Below, in pieces: positions 26,622 to 38,472 of a stretch of 64,000 nucleotides of DNA. This stretch comes from Squalus acanthias (lineage: Eukaryota). The stretch lies in the NCBI GenBank assembly GCA_030390025.1, contig CM059443.1, positions 6,324,001 to 6,388,000 of the forward strand, written 5' to 3'. Position 1 is the stretch's first letter. Each line of letters opens with the position of its first letter. The notes beneath the pieces were generated by a model. It searched no databases. It was not told the origin of the DNA and was given only the letters and a program-made list of their open reading frames with translations. Both the position numbers and the translations under genes were made by a program.

Positions 26622-29087
26622 CTGTCAGGAGACAAACGGCAGCAGAGGGAATTAAAATCCCGGGACTTCTCACGCACGACATGCAGAAATGGCCGCATTT
26701 CCCGACCGACCTTCGCGCAATGCCCTGTTTGGATCACCAATTCTGACGTCACAAGCCATGAGACCGGCTCACCCAAAGTGCTGTTCACTAGAAAAGCAGC
26801 TGGTCAAGGGGTAAGCTTGGGGCTGGGTATCTATTGCTGACCTGCGTGAGGAGAGATGGGCTTCTTAATCCGGGACCCCCTTCTCAGCTGTAATTTTTCC
26901 ACAGGTTGCTTCCCCCTCCCCACCCCAGGCCACACCAGAAGAGTGTGCCTACCTGCCCGTTGCAGTGCACGCCAATCGCCAATGCTGCAAGGCTCAACGG
27001 TGCCCACACACGGATCAAGTGCTCCAAAATGAGCGTGCCCCGGTCAGCTCTGGTGCAGTCTGTAAAAGGGGACGCGGCTCTAGGTTCTTTCAGCTGGAGT
27101 GAACCGAGATCAGTACCAGTACCAAACTGGCCCCCGAACCATCTGCTAGGGCAGTCTGAACAGGGCACAGGTAGTCATGAACACAGCACACGCCTGTTAA
27201 AGGGGTCCATTTAACAGGGAACACCTCAGGTTATATTCCACAGATTTGCTTTGTGGTCCGTATTGAAACAGAAAACACCCCGGGACCACACTTGCATTAA
27301 GAGACGTCAAGGTGGGTAAGCAGTGTGGGCAGGTACTGCAGCGACTCTAATTATGTTGGCCTTCACTGCTTACCCAATGGCACAGGGCAACCCTTTATCA
27401 GGGGGCATGTCTACCACACTAGCTTGGCACATTTTCAGTACCTATTTGCAACTATTCTATAGCCTAGCCGTAACCTTCTAACTGCAGCTAATTCAGCCAA
27501 TCCCACTGCCACAATCTCTCTACGGTGATTAACCCCTGGGGTGGGGGGGGAAAAGAGATATAATGCTGAATAGACAAGATGCTAGAAAGAGGAATATGGG
27601 CACTGAATGCGATTACACCTGTTTAAATTCGTATTGTGCACACTTAATTAGATGGGAAATTTCTCTGGGACCTGCGTTCAACATAGATCACCCTCAGCAC
27701 ACCGAGACTGAAATGGGGAAAAAAAAATCACTTGAGCATTTATAAAGCCAACCAAATATATTCTTCTACAATCCGGCGGAGGTATTAGTTCTCCGCTCCC
27801 AGTAACAAGGTCCCTCCATTTCTGATCGAAAGCCCACCCCCTCACATGGTCACCCCCTCACGCGGCCCAGTGTAGCCTTGGCACCGGCAGCTTTGAACCC
27901 TGACCCCCACAGACGTATTTCTGGTCAAGCTGGTTTGCTGCCTTGAACCCCTCTCACATGATTTATTTATACAGATACCACTGTAAAGAGCATCTTACAG
28001 CTGGGGAAAACACATTTGAGGTCAGAGGATTCGTTTCTTAATGAGGGACTGGGCCTGGAGGCTGTGGGTTCCTAGATTCCAATTCTGAGACAGTGGAACT
28101 TATTATTCAGATTATATTCCTAAAATGGAAAAATTAGGGCCAACATTGTTTTTTAAACTTCTTTTTGAGGAACTTCCAGGACTTTCCCTTCAGTTTTCAT
28201 CTCTTCTTTTCTGAAAGTGATGCCGGTGGCTGGATTATGATTTTTCAGGCCTCATCACTTTTCCGACACCTCGTCCAAGTGGCCATTCTTCATGACTGAG
28301 CCCAGACAATTAAGTGTCAGATGTCTAGACTATTCAACCATGCAGGGGCTTCACAGCTGAGCCCATCCTGTCCTCACCCAGCGCCCATTCGTGCACAGCA
28401 TTCAGGGACAGTGTTCAGGAGTGGAACCCCAAATTAATTTCCCCCCGTCCCTGCTCTTTCCCCGAAAAAACTGCGGTCAGCTGTAGTGCCCCAGCCTGCT
28501 AACATGGCAGAAACCAGGGATCAAACCCTGGATCTTGCCTGGTCTTTGTGGATCAGAAACACTGGGCCCAAAATTCCAGGATGCCCCCTCCCCCCCACTT
28601 TGCTCATGGGATGAGCAGAACTCCCAGCCCACCCTCCCCCATGCAGCCCACCAATTGTGGGGATGGGGGCCATATAATTTACATGGGGTAGGCACTTGGC
28701 ACCTGTAAGGGCGCATTAGTGGCACTCATACTGACGGAGGCCTGGAAATCTGGGGTTGGTGTCATGTCGCTATGATGCAGCACAATGGCCAGGGGAGAAC
28801 CTTGCCAAACAATTGCTCGCTCCCTCCTGCATTTTGGGGGCTTTTCAATGGCTTGCTCGGAGCAGGCATAGGTTCCGCTGGACCAATCAGGGACAGAACT
28901 GATTCATGAAGTCACAAGACCATCTGCACAAAATGTCCGCATCCAGCCTGCCTCCAACTAACGCTCTGAAGTTTAAAACAACGGGTGACCGAGAGACACT
29001 GTTATCAGCACAACCATCTCCCCTTTACACAGTTCCTCCATCCCTGAGCGAATGGGGGAACTAATCACATGATGCAGCTACACTCAC

Positions 29088-29135
29088 CAAGTACCTGCTC
29101 AACAGGGAAACACAAAGAAACCAACAAAAGACCAA
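29088..29135 (-). CDS. Candidate 48-nt in-frame cassette exon (VGLLLVSLCFPVEQVL)
   Basis: Minus strand reads gtgactgttttcttgttccag|TTGGTC...GTACTTG|gtgagt. Phase 1-1, no stop, with a long pyrimidine tract upstream. Confidence 0.4.
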
Positions 29136-31492
29136 CTGGAACAAGAAAACAGTCACCTCTGTGAAAAGAGAAGCCCCAGCAGAGATAGGAGGAAAAAAAG
29201 AAAGAAATAGGGAGGGGGAAACGAGGTAGAGGACAGTGAGAGCCCACTTGTTTGATGACAAGATGCTCAACAACAATCATTTTCTCTTGACAGTTTTACT
29301 TAATAGAATTGAAGCTTTCAAAGAAAGAGTTCAAAATCCTCTCAACACAGCTATCTAAACTGTCTAATTAGGCCCTCAAAGTACAACCGTTTGATATTCC
29401 TTGCTTATCTCTCTCAATGAACAGTCAATAGAGTGTGCTTAGGAAAATGGCAATAAACTGTTGGGAAGAGAAAGTTGCCCAGTGCTTTCGTCACCATCCA
29501 CCCGAGAGCCACCTCCCTCCATCCTCCAAGTTCTTTCCCTCGTTCTCTTTCTCAGATGAGGTGGGCGAGACTGGGATCTCACCAATGCATGGTAAACCTT
29601 GGGCACGAACCATAATCCCACCACTCTGGGGCTCAATGTTGGGGGTACGCCAGTAAGGTTGCACCCAGGGCTCATGGCAGGGAGCAACTCGTAGCATCTG
29701 CATATCCCCCGCGCACTGAGAAATTTACATCAGTAAATGGCTTGGTGAAGAAGAAACTGGCATTTCAATCAGCTACTGACTGAGCAGCAACACCGAGAAC
29801 ACTTCCCTATATAAGGATTGCCTCGTGTTAACCACTAAGATAGTGAGAACACAGTAAAAGGCTCTACACCGACTCTCGAGAACTGTGCAGACTTTTCAAC
29901 AGAGGCACGGAGGATCCCGCTACGGCTGCTCCACACAGGCAGGCGTTTACACTCCCAGCAAAGAAAGGCAGTACAAAACTTCGAGATCTAGCTCAAGGTG
30001 ATTCAGTTGGGTTGGAGGCTGATATGTGTCTTCTGTAATGGTAGCAGAGGCCATGAATGGAGTCTGCAGGAGCCAGAGAGATATAGAAACTCCAGTCTTG
30101 CCAGATTCCAGTGAATTTCATTCATCTTAGGAAGCACAACAAGGTCACAACACCTCCGATAATTTTACTCATTCTTTCTCTGTGTGTCACCGCTTCCCAC
30201 CCCCCCAGCCCCTGCAGGCATTGACTGTACTGGGGTACTGTTCCAGAGGGATCAGCTGCTCTCTGCAGCCTTGGGGAACATCACGGCTGAGCCTGATCCT
30301 GTCCTCATTTGACTTTCGCAAACCAGTTCCCTTCCAGCAGGGGGGTCACCGGCTCGCAAACCGGGGACGGGGAGCCGGCTGGAAGTTTCCCCTTCCCCAG
30401 TACCGAAAGAACAGAGGCGAATTATAGCGTCTCAAAAGCTGCCCTGGCTGAAATCAGAACAGACAGAGCCTGGGGTCTAGGCTGTGCAATTGATCCATGG
30501 GGAGGGGGGGCAGTGAGGTGCCTCCAAATGCCCATTAACACTGGATTTGTTTGACGATTAGACGGTGAAAGAGCTAGGTAGACAGGGGCGATTTTTATAG
30601 TCAGTTTTCTTTCAAACAATTCGACTGTAAAAAAATATGCTGGAGCACAAGGCTGGTTATGCAGACATTAAGAACACAGTAACATATAGATCTAACACTG
30701 AAATAATCTACAGGTTGTGGGCTATTGACATTATAGATCAGATTCTGCCACCTTTTTAATATACAGAGCGAAGACCTTCTTCACAGCAATGGTTTTGGTA
30801 AAAATCATTTAAAACACACAATTTCAATTTTTTTTTTTACCAACAAGGTTGTTGGTTTCACAAATCATTTTGGCAACGGCACTCTTAAGTTATCGTGTTC
30901 GAGTGCCCTGTCTTGATGCGAAGCCACACAGAGCCGTGAAGCATTTCCCTTGGAGCACGGGTCATCTCATCTTCCATGATGGGCTGTCTTACAATTTTAA
31001 TCATTAAAACGCCTGCCCAAAAACGTTCCTCGAGCTGGTTGTGCGGAGGCCAAGGCTGCCTTGGAGCGAGCCCTCAATGTAATGGCAATCACACAGCAAG
31101 GTCCTCCAAAAAAAAATAAACAAATAAATGACACGGCTTAAAAATTAAAAGGAGAGAGAGAAGCTTTCGTGGGGTGGCGGGGGGGGGGGGGGCAGACACT
31201 GAGAGACAAATATGGAGCTGTGACTGGCTTTATGACACACAAAGCTTTGATATGCTTTCAGTCAAAGCATATCGAATAGAGAGAAATCTTGCTCGATTTA
31301 ATATAAGTTTAAAAAAAAACACAAAGAACAAACTGCGACAAAATACCAGACACAAATTAAAAAAAGACGATTTTTTTTTGTTTTAAACGGAAAATGAAAA
31401 GTTCTGAAAGAAAATGAAAAGGATAAGTAATTAAAACAAAAAGGAAAGCAAAAAAGAAAAGGTGAAAGTTCACCGACTTCCATCATTCTTAC

Positions 31493-31510
31493 CTCGTATC
31501 GGAGTACCAC
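31493..31510 (-). CDS. PTPRS: PTPRS microexon meA6 (18 nt, GGTPIR)
   Basis: Minus strand reads actaac...ttatttgcattcatattatcctcgcag|GTGGTACTCCGATACGAG|gtaaga. Encodes G-G-T-P-I-R, the known LAR-family meA6 peptide. Confidence 0.93.
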
Positions 31511-31731
31511 CTGCGAGGATAATATGAATGCAAATAAGATTAAAAAGAAGAGCCGTTAGTTGAAGAAGACAGGCCGCGGGCTTTTTTTTTGCAGCAGAAG
31601 CAGATTTTAGAAGATAAGATTTCAGACGTATAAACACTTCACTCTTTTTAAACTGCTGGTGGACCTTCAGTTAAAGGAAGACTGTCCTATCAGGGCAGGT
31701 GCCACATTTGAAGGGGAATGCAGAGCTTCCC

Positions 31732-31745
31732 GTTTCCATAGCAAC
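31732..31745. promoter_or_regulatory. RFX X-box motif
   Basis: GTTTCCATAGCAAC, a near-perfect X-box about 220 bp upstream of meA6. Motif match only. Confidence 0.45.
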
Positions 31746-31919
31746 GCGGCCTCCAAAGCTTGGGCCGCAGCAGGATGGTCACCCCACGAGACGTTCATGG
31801 CACGGTAACTGTCGCCCGGGCGATTCATGGAACTGGGCAAGGGGGTGTGAGGTGTGGCCCTACCTACTGGCTGGTGTGAGATACTTCACCTGGTTTGTAC
31901 CAGAAGGAGCGCACAGCAG

Positions 31920-32182
31920 TCATAAGAACATAAAAGAAATAGGAGCAGGAGTAGGCCAATCGGCCCCTCGAGCCTGCTCCGCCATTCAATGAGATCATGG
32001 CTGATCCGATCCCAACCTCAAATCTAAAGAACACAAGAAGTAGGAGCAGGACCCGGCCACTCAGCCCCTGGGCCCGCTCCGCCACCCACAGGGCCTTGAC
32101 CGATCCGAACTCAGCCTCATGTCCAATTTCCTGCCCGCTCCCCGTAACCCCTAATTCCCTTTACTTCTAGGAAACTGTCTAT
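31920..32182 (-). mobile_element. CR1 LINE 3' tail with internal duplication
   Basis: Reverse complement of the tail at 50880-50972; the aggagcagg...gctccgcca segment occurs twice. Confidence 0.8.
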
Positions 32183-33751
32183 TCAGACAGTCCGAGGATT
32201 TGGAATCAGATCAGATACTAATGACGCAGCATTCCTCTTCTCCCTTTCTATTTAATTAAACATTTCCCCCCCCCCCCCTCTCTCCTAAAGGTTCAGACTC
32301 ATTCTGGGATTCGGCTCTTGGGCACCAACCGCCCTCTGGTACCTCGTCCAAGTGTGGCTGGGGGGGGGGGGGGGCGGGTGGCGCGTGTGGAGTCATAGCA
32401 GCTGATCCTGAACCTGTCCTCACCTGACATTCACACACATGCACTTTCCATTAATGGTCATTAGATGGTAATCAGGATTGGGAACCCTAGCTGAATTGTC
32501 CTCCTCCCTCTCCGTGGTTTGTGTGAGTTACCCAGTGTTAGCTTAGTGGCATTATAACTATTCTCAGAATCAATGCACTAAGGGGAAGGAGAGAGGGGGA
32601 AATCAGCCAGGGTCCCTGATCCTGTGCATGTTTGTGTGTGTGGTGGGGGGGGGGGGGGGCGTTGTCGGGTGAAGATAGGATTAGACTCCATGCTCCCCAC
32701 AGCCAAATAGTCTGCCGATATGCACTGTTTAGGCTCGCACCTGATGAGTGGAGCCTTGGGCGAGGCACTGAACCAGACCCTGGCAAGATTCAGTGCCCTC
32801 ACGAGAGGAAGGAAAGAAACTGGGAGGCAGATAGATGTAACTGTATGTGCAGCTCTCCCTCTATACAACAGGACACTTAGAAATTGGGGGGGGGGGGGGG
32901 GGGAGGGGGGGATCACAAATTTCACCTGGAGTTAGAGCAGAAGGAACTCATGATCAGAATTAAACAGTAGGGACAGCGCGGTGGAATGCAGTAAAGGAGC
33001 TCCAGCTAATTGTAATTTTAATTAGTTACATTTTTCCAATTAAATCTGAAATGCACTGACATCTAGTTTAATCTTCACTTTCCAAATACAGGCAGCTGAT
33101 TTTTGGAGCTTACTTTTAGCCTGGCTGAGCTGTTTCAGAGCGATTCTTTCATGCAGTTGGTGGATCAACTCCAAAGCAATGGGTGAATTAACATCCGCTG
33201 TATTTGATCCATGACTGCATTGAACAACAGACGCTGCCACCCAAGTTTTGCAGCTTCAAGTTTGAGAAAAATAGATTCATCAGTTGCTCAGAATTTTCAG
33301 GAGCTCGGCAAAAATTGGGCTGCATCCAGAATAGCGGATGGTATCAAAGGGAGAGCGGTTTTCATTTGGTTTTTGGGCCCATTGCGAATGGGACCGAAAT
33401 CACAAGGAGGCGCAGAAGAGAAGAGGGGCTGATTGGTATCCGGTCTGCCTGTTACCACAGATGTCATGCAGAAACTAGCCACTAGAGGCCGCGCGAGTGC
33501 GGCCCAGGGAAAATTTTCCCTCCGGGCATTCTGGTGGAAGCGAGAGGTTGCCACTCGAGATGTGGGAGGAATAAGGACAGGCCTGTGTCTTTCTGCCATT
33601 GAGCTGACTATTTCGGTCGCATGGCGCAACTTGTCATGAGGCTCAATTTTTAGACGCTGGTCTGATCTGTTTGAATTCTATTGGCCGGGCGTCACCACGT
33701 TACCGAGACCAGTTTCTTGGCTGCTGCTCTTACAACCTGGTGGCGTTCAAG

Positions 33752-34092
33752 TCGGGATGCCAACCCATTAGGATTGGCCTGGAGATTCCTGGAATTGATG
33801 ATTAATCTCCTGTAAGCAACCCTGGAGAAAATCATAGGGGTATATAAAAAAAAACTGTGTGTTTTATTAGTTCTAAAAATATTTGAGATGGGAGAGGGGG
33901 GAAAAAACTGACTCACAGTCAAGAATCACTCGATTGGGTATTAAAGATTTATTTTGTTCCCAACTGGCGTGGCGACGAGAGATTGGCCGTGTTGGGTGAC
34001 CAATGGCGGGAGTGTGGGGGTGGGGCGGTTGGAGGCAGGAGGTCATGTGATGAGACCTCCAGGAATACGTCCAACCAGAGTTGGCAACCCTA
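33752..34092. mobile_element. hAT-type MITE
   Basis: TIRs tcgggatgccaac and gttggcaacccta (TAGGGTTGCCA type). The 8-bp flanks cgttcaag and agctcaag match 6/8, a decayed TSD. Confidence 0.7.
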
Positions 34093-35861
34093 AGCTCAAG
34101 TCAGGTTTAGAAGGTCTTTAGGACTCAAATCGCTCCCGTTTTGAGCGGACTTGCGATTGCCAGATGCGTCACTCCTGCGCTGGGAGCCTACACTCCAGGG
34201 GAAGTAGTACTGTCAATCAGCAAGACAGTGACGTTGCAATCCCATTTCCTGCACCTGTGATTGACAGTGCAAGTGTTCTGCTTTTAAAGTCTCCAAAAAC
34301 ATACCACCGAATATTCAGCTGTGTGCGTAACAAAATACACCGTGAGCCTGCAGATTCATTCTGGGATGAATCTGGATTGGGTGCGTACCCAAGGTCCAGA
34401 ATCATCCTGGAACGTCCTCCCACAGTGCACTGTATGTGTCACTGACAGAGGACCTCCCAACTCCTCACCCAAATCTCCCTAGGAACGTGGCAAAGGTCAG
34501 GGGTGGAAAAGTACACGACTTAAATTCCAGGATTTGCAAGGCTACGTGAAAAGACCAGGGCAGTGGGACCAATTGAACGGCTCTTTTAAAGAGCTGGCAC
34601 AGGCATGATGGGCTGAATGGCCGCCTTCTGTGCTGTAAGATTCGATGATTCAGATTGAGGCAATGTGGGCACTGCTCCCACATTAATCCCAGAACTTCAG
34701 GTTCCATGGAACATCGTGATGTACATTCAAATAATGTAACCATGGGACCAGAGTCGCCCCTCCTCATCACCAAATGGGCGGGATCAGATACCATGCAAAA
34801 CTATTCCATTAGGCGAATCCGAAATTGCTCTGGTTGGATTATTTAAAACATTTTCAGAAGTCACAACTTTTTTTTTGACTCCTCTTTGAGAGTGTGGCAC
34901 AATCTTCCTTTAACAGATGGCAGGTCCTTTGGCTACCAGCAAGGTGGCACAATTTCAGGCAACATTTTACCACATTCCTAAAATCCGGCACATCCAAACG
35001 CTTGGTGTCTTGGATACAGAGTTCCAATGGGTCACAGAATTTGATTGTTCGGTAGCCATTTTGGAAGGGGGATGGATCTCTGCCTACACACTGGGGTACA
35101 TCCCATATACCCACAGCCCCCGTTATCCGTGCCATTGTTCAACAACTTCCCTTTTCCTTCTCAGGCAGGATGGCAGGACGCTGGGTCTCTGAAGACCAAG
35201 ATCAACAGTGATCCGTGGTCACCTGATGGGCTATATTGGGGAAGGGGGTGGAGAGGGTTCACGACACCCTCCCTCAAAAACGAGGACCTCCCACTTTGCA
35301 GGATAACTCCGAAACTTACTCCCATAAAACGGCAGCCAGGCCATGAGTTAATGGCCGACTGAGGATTCCAACGCACAGTTTGGGAGGAAGACACACTGCA
35401 CCTTTGAGTTTTCCTTACTTATATTCTCCCCTCCCCCCCCCCCCCACCCCAATAGGAATATTTAAACTACAGGGCTATTATTTCTCACTGAAACATTATG
35501 ACAGGGCATTCTAATATGAGTTAAAGGATGTTAAAGGCCTCATTTCCAAACAGAACATATTCTCTCTTTACAAGGACAGCTTGTACCAAATTTCTCTGTT
35601 CAAAACGCAGCCAAAAGAATTATCTAGGGGCTCTTAAAAAAAAATAACTTCTATGCTCATCACAGTGAGGGGTGTCAGCACTGGGAAAAAGAGCAAGTTC
35701 CCTTTCCAGGCACTCAGTATCTGCACCAAGCAATCCCAGGTCAGGTGCAGCACAGTTGAATGCAGAGTAAAGCTCCCTCTCCTCTGCCCCAACAATGTGC
35801 CTCAGAAGAGCACCCCTTATATTGCACTAATGTGTCACGTACCTTTCCTTCGCTAGCTAAT

Positions 35862-36679
35862 CAGACATTTTTAGTTAACAGGCACTTAAGTTAACTCAAA
35901 ATAGACCCAAATGCCTTAATCTAGTTCTTGGTGGGCATGGTGCCACGGCACAAAACTGCCCCTACGTTGCCACTCAGTTAGCATCCTCGCTCAGAGGAGC
36001 AATAGACGGCTGGTCTCGGAACTGGAAAGTGCCACCCTGCCTGCTCCAATGGCTCAGCAGGTTTATCCCGTGAGTGGCGGAGCCATTCAGATCTTTTCTG
36101 AAGGTGTTGACTCCTTGCTGGGGTATGGTGACGTGGCACCAATTGTCCTCCGGGACTTCACCTAAATAGCCATTACTGCTGAGTGCATCTAGACAGTGAG
36201 TGCTAAGAGGCCATTTGACCGCAGAGGGCATCACCGCAGATCCTACTCCTATCCTCACCAGACATCCACACGTGCACTTCCCGCAGGGGTCCCTACAGAG
36301 CAATCAGGAAGGAGAGCCCTGATTGAAATCCCCCTCCCTGATCCAAGGGCACCGAGAGTCCCACGGTAGCGCCCCTATGACCGATCTACTTGAGATGAGC
36401 CAATTCACCACAGACGGGGGGGGGGGGGGGGTCGAATGTGGGACTTTCTGGTCTGAATGGCTCCGCTACTCATGGGATAAACCTGCTGAGCCATTGGAGC
36501 AGGCAGGGTGGCAACTTTCTAGTTCCGAGACCAGCCGTCTATTGCTCCTCCGAGTGGGAATGCCATCTTAGTGCCAAAGGGCAGTTTTGTGTCATGGCAC
36601 CATGCCCACCAGGAACTAGATTAAAGCATTTGGGTCTATTTTGAGTTAACTTAAGAGCTTGTTAACTAAAAAACATCTG
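35862..36679. repeat. Long inverted repeat (about 230-bp arms)
   Basis: 35862-36091 is the imperfect reverse complement of 36450-36679, with a SINE body in the spacer. Confidence 0.9.
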
Positions 36680-37427
36680 CTCGGCAGTAGTGGAGAATGT
36701 TACCAGTAGATTGGCCCAATGGGACACCAGCTGGAAGAGGACTGTCTGGGGCAAGTCAAATACAGGATGTTATATTCTACACTGACATCACTTCCTGCCA
36801 GTTCAAGAAAAGAAACACAACAACACCCAACTTCAACATCAAAATAAAATAAAATAAAATATATAGATAAAGGGGAAACCATCCCTTTCCAGAAGTGTCG
36901 GATTTAGGTAGCTCCCAATTCCAGAATGTGCCAAACTGCAGCCTGAAACTGTGTTGAGTTTCTAAAGGGAGTTAATCTAAAGGGAGTGGGGTGTTAATCT
37001 GTTAGGGTTATTAGGTAACAGTTACAGTTAATAAAGCAGGTTGTTAGCTATTAGGAGAGACCTGTATGTAATGGTGTGGGTGCTGAAAGCTAAGATTAAT
37101 TAAAGGGGAGGGAGGGGTGGGGAGGAAAGGGCAGTCAGAATATAACTTTAAGAGTGTTCCACGGTTTATGATCTAACAGAAGCTTTAGATACTGGAAGGA
37201 GTTTCACATCCAATGCAACAAGCAGGTCCTGAATGGAAAAACCTGCCTGCCAAGTCTCTGACTACAGGATCAACCCATCCTACTTCGTGAAGGGCAGCTG
37301 TGCATTTCCGTCACCCTCAGTTCTGAGATTGCACAAAAACTTCCCGCCACCTCCCCCATAAAATGTTCTCCTGAATGGGCACAGAGTTTACATGGTGGGA
37401 GGTGCTAGGAGGGAGAAGGAAAAGTGA

Positions 37428-37535
37428 GTGTGGGCACAGGGCAATAGGAGGGAGATTGAATGGGTGAGGAGTGGGCACAGGGCAATAGGAGGGAGATTGA
37501 ATGGGTGAGGAGTGGGCACAGGGCAAAAGGAGGGA
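37428..37535. repeat. 41-bp minisatellite, about 2.5 copies
   Basis: Unit tgggcacagggcaataggagggagattgaatgggtgaggag starts at 37431, 37472 and 37513. Confidence 0.9.
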
Positions 37536-37640
37536 GGCCAACAGGGTGAGCGGTGGGCACTCAGGGTGGTAGGAGGAAGGAAAGGGTGAAGGGTAGGAAG
37601 AGGAGAATAGGAAAATGTCTGATCGGTTGTGGAGAAAGGT

Positions 37641-37772
37641 CTGACGAAAGGTCATCGACCTGAAACGTTAACTGTTTCTCTCTCTACAGATGCTGCCTGA
37701 CCTGCTGAGTATTTCCAGCATTTTCTGTTTTTATTTCAGATTTTCAGCATCCGCAGTATTTTGCTTTTGTAT
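37641..37772 (+). mobile_element. Penelope-like terminal repeat with hammerhead core (family B)
   Basis: CTGACGA-A-AGGTC-ATC-GACCT-GAAA-C-GTT, then cagatgctgcctgacctgctgagtatttccagca. Related copies at 38250-38400 and about 25770-25935. Confidence 0.7.
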
Positions 37773-38249
37773 TGGAGGAAAAATTGATTCCCCGCCTATC
37801 TGGAGATTTGAGGAAGGCCGTGTTATTTAAACCTTTGCATTTCAAACAGGGGCTTCCTCAGCAGGTGAGCCCTGAAAGGGAATTGCTCAGTTTACGAGCA
37901 GGAAACCGGTGTTAAAAATAAATGAAACCCTGCTGGTGAATGCAGCCTGCTTGTGCTTCAACCTCCAGTTCCTGGCCTTCACAGGGAAGCGGCTTTTGAT
38001 GCGGGAGGGGTCGGAATTCCTTAAAGGGGATCCTTTCCTCACATTATTGGGGATGGCCCTGTTAATTAAAACTCCAAATGTATTCAAGTAACGCGGAAAC
38101 CCACCCTCTCTCAGTGGTGCAGGTCAAGAACAGGTTTTTAAGGTGCAGTCTGGGCAGCGGGGAGGCCATGGAGCCGGGTGAGGAGTCAGGGGCAGCCGAG
38201 GGGAGCGGGCCAGGTAGGAATGATGCAGGTCCCCAGAATGTTTATGATA

Positions 38250-38400
38250 GCAAAATACTGCGGATGCTGGAAAATTGAAACAACAACAGTTTAATTTCCT
38301 GCTTTTTTCTCAGTTCTGACGAAGTGTTTCGACCTGAAACGTTAACTCTGTTTCTCTCTCCACGGATGTTGCCTGGCCTGCTGAGTTTCCCCAGAATGTT
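38250..38400 (+). mobile_element. Penelope-like terminal repeat with hammerhead core (family B), partly inverted
   Basis: Inverted piece aaatactgcggatgctggaaa, followed by AGTT-CTGACGA-(stem II)-GAAA-C-GTT-AACT at 38312-38347. Confidence 0.7.
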
Positions 38401-38469
38401 TAGTTTTAAAGAAGATATACAGACCTAATATTAAATTTATGAATAGATTAAATGAAAAATAAAACTTAC

Positions 38470-38472
38470 CTG
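38470..38472 (-). CDS. Candidate 3-nt microexon (CAG, adds Ala) or recursive splice site
   Basis: Minus strand reads catttttgattttattctttccag|CAG|gtaagtttt: a strong acceptor and a consensus donor 3 nt apart, between meA3 and meA6. Confidence 0.5.

Noticed and set aside
27680-27730. Acceptor-like ttttttttccccatttcag on the sense strand
   Set aside because: In-frame stop after four codons and no good donor nearby.
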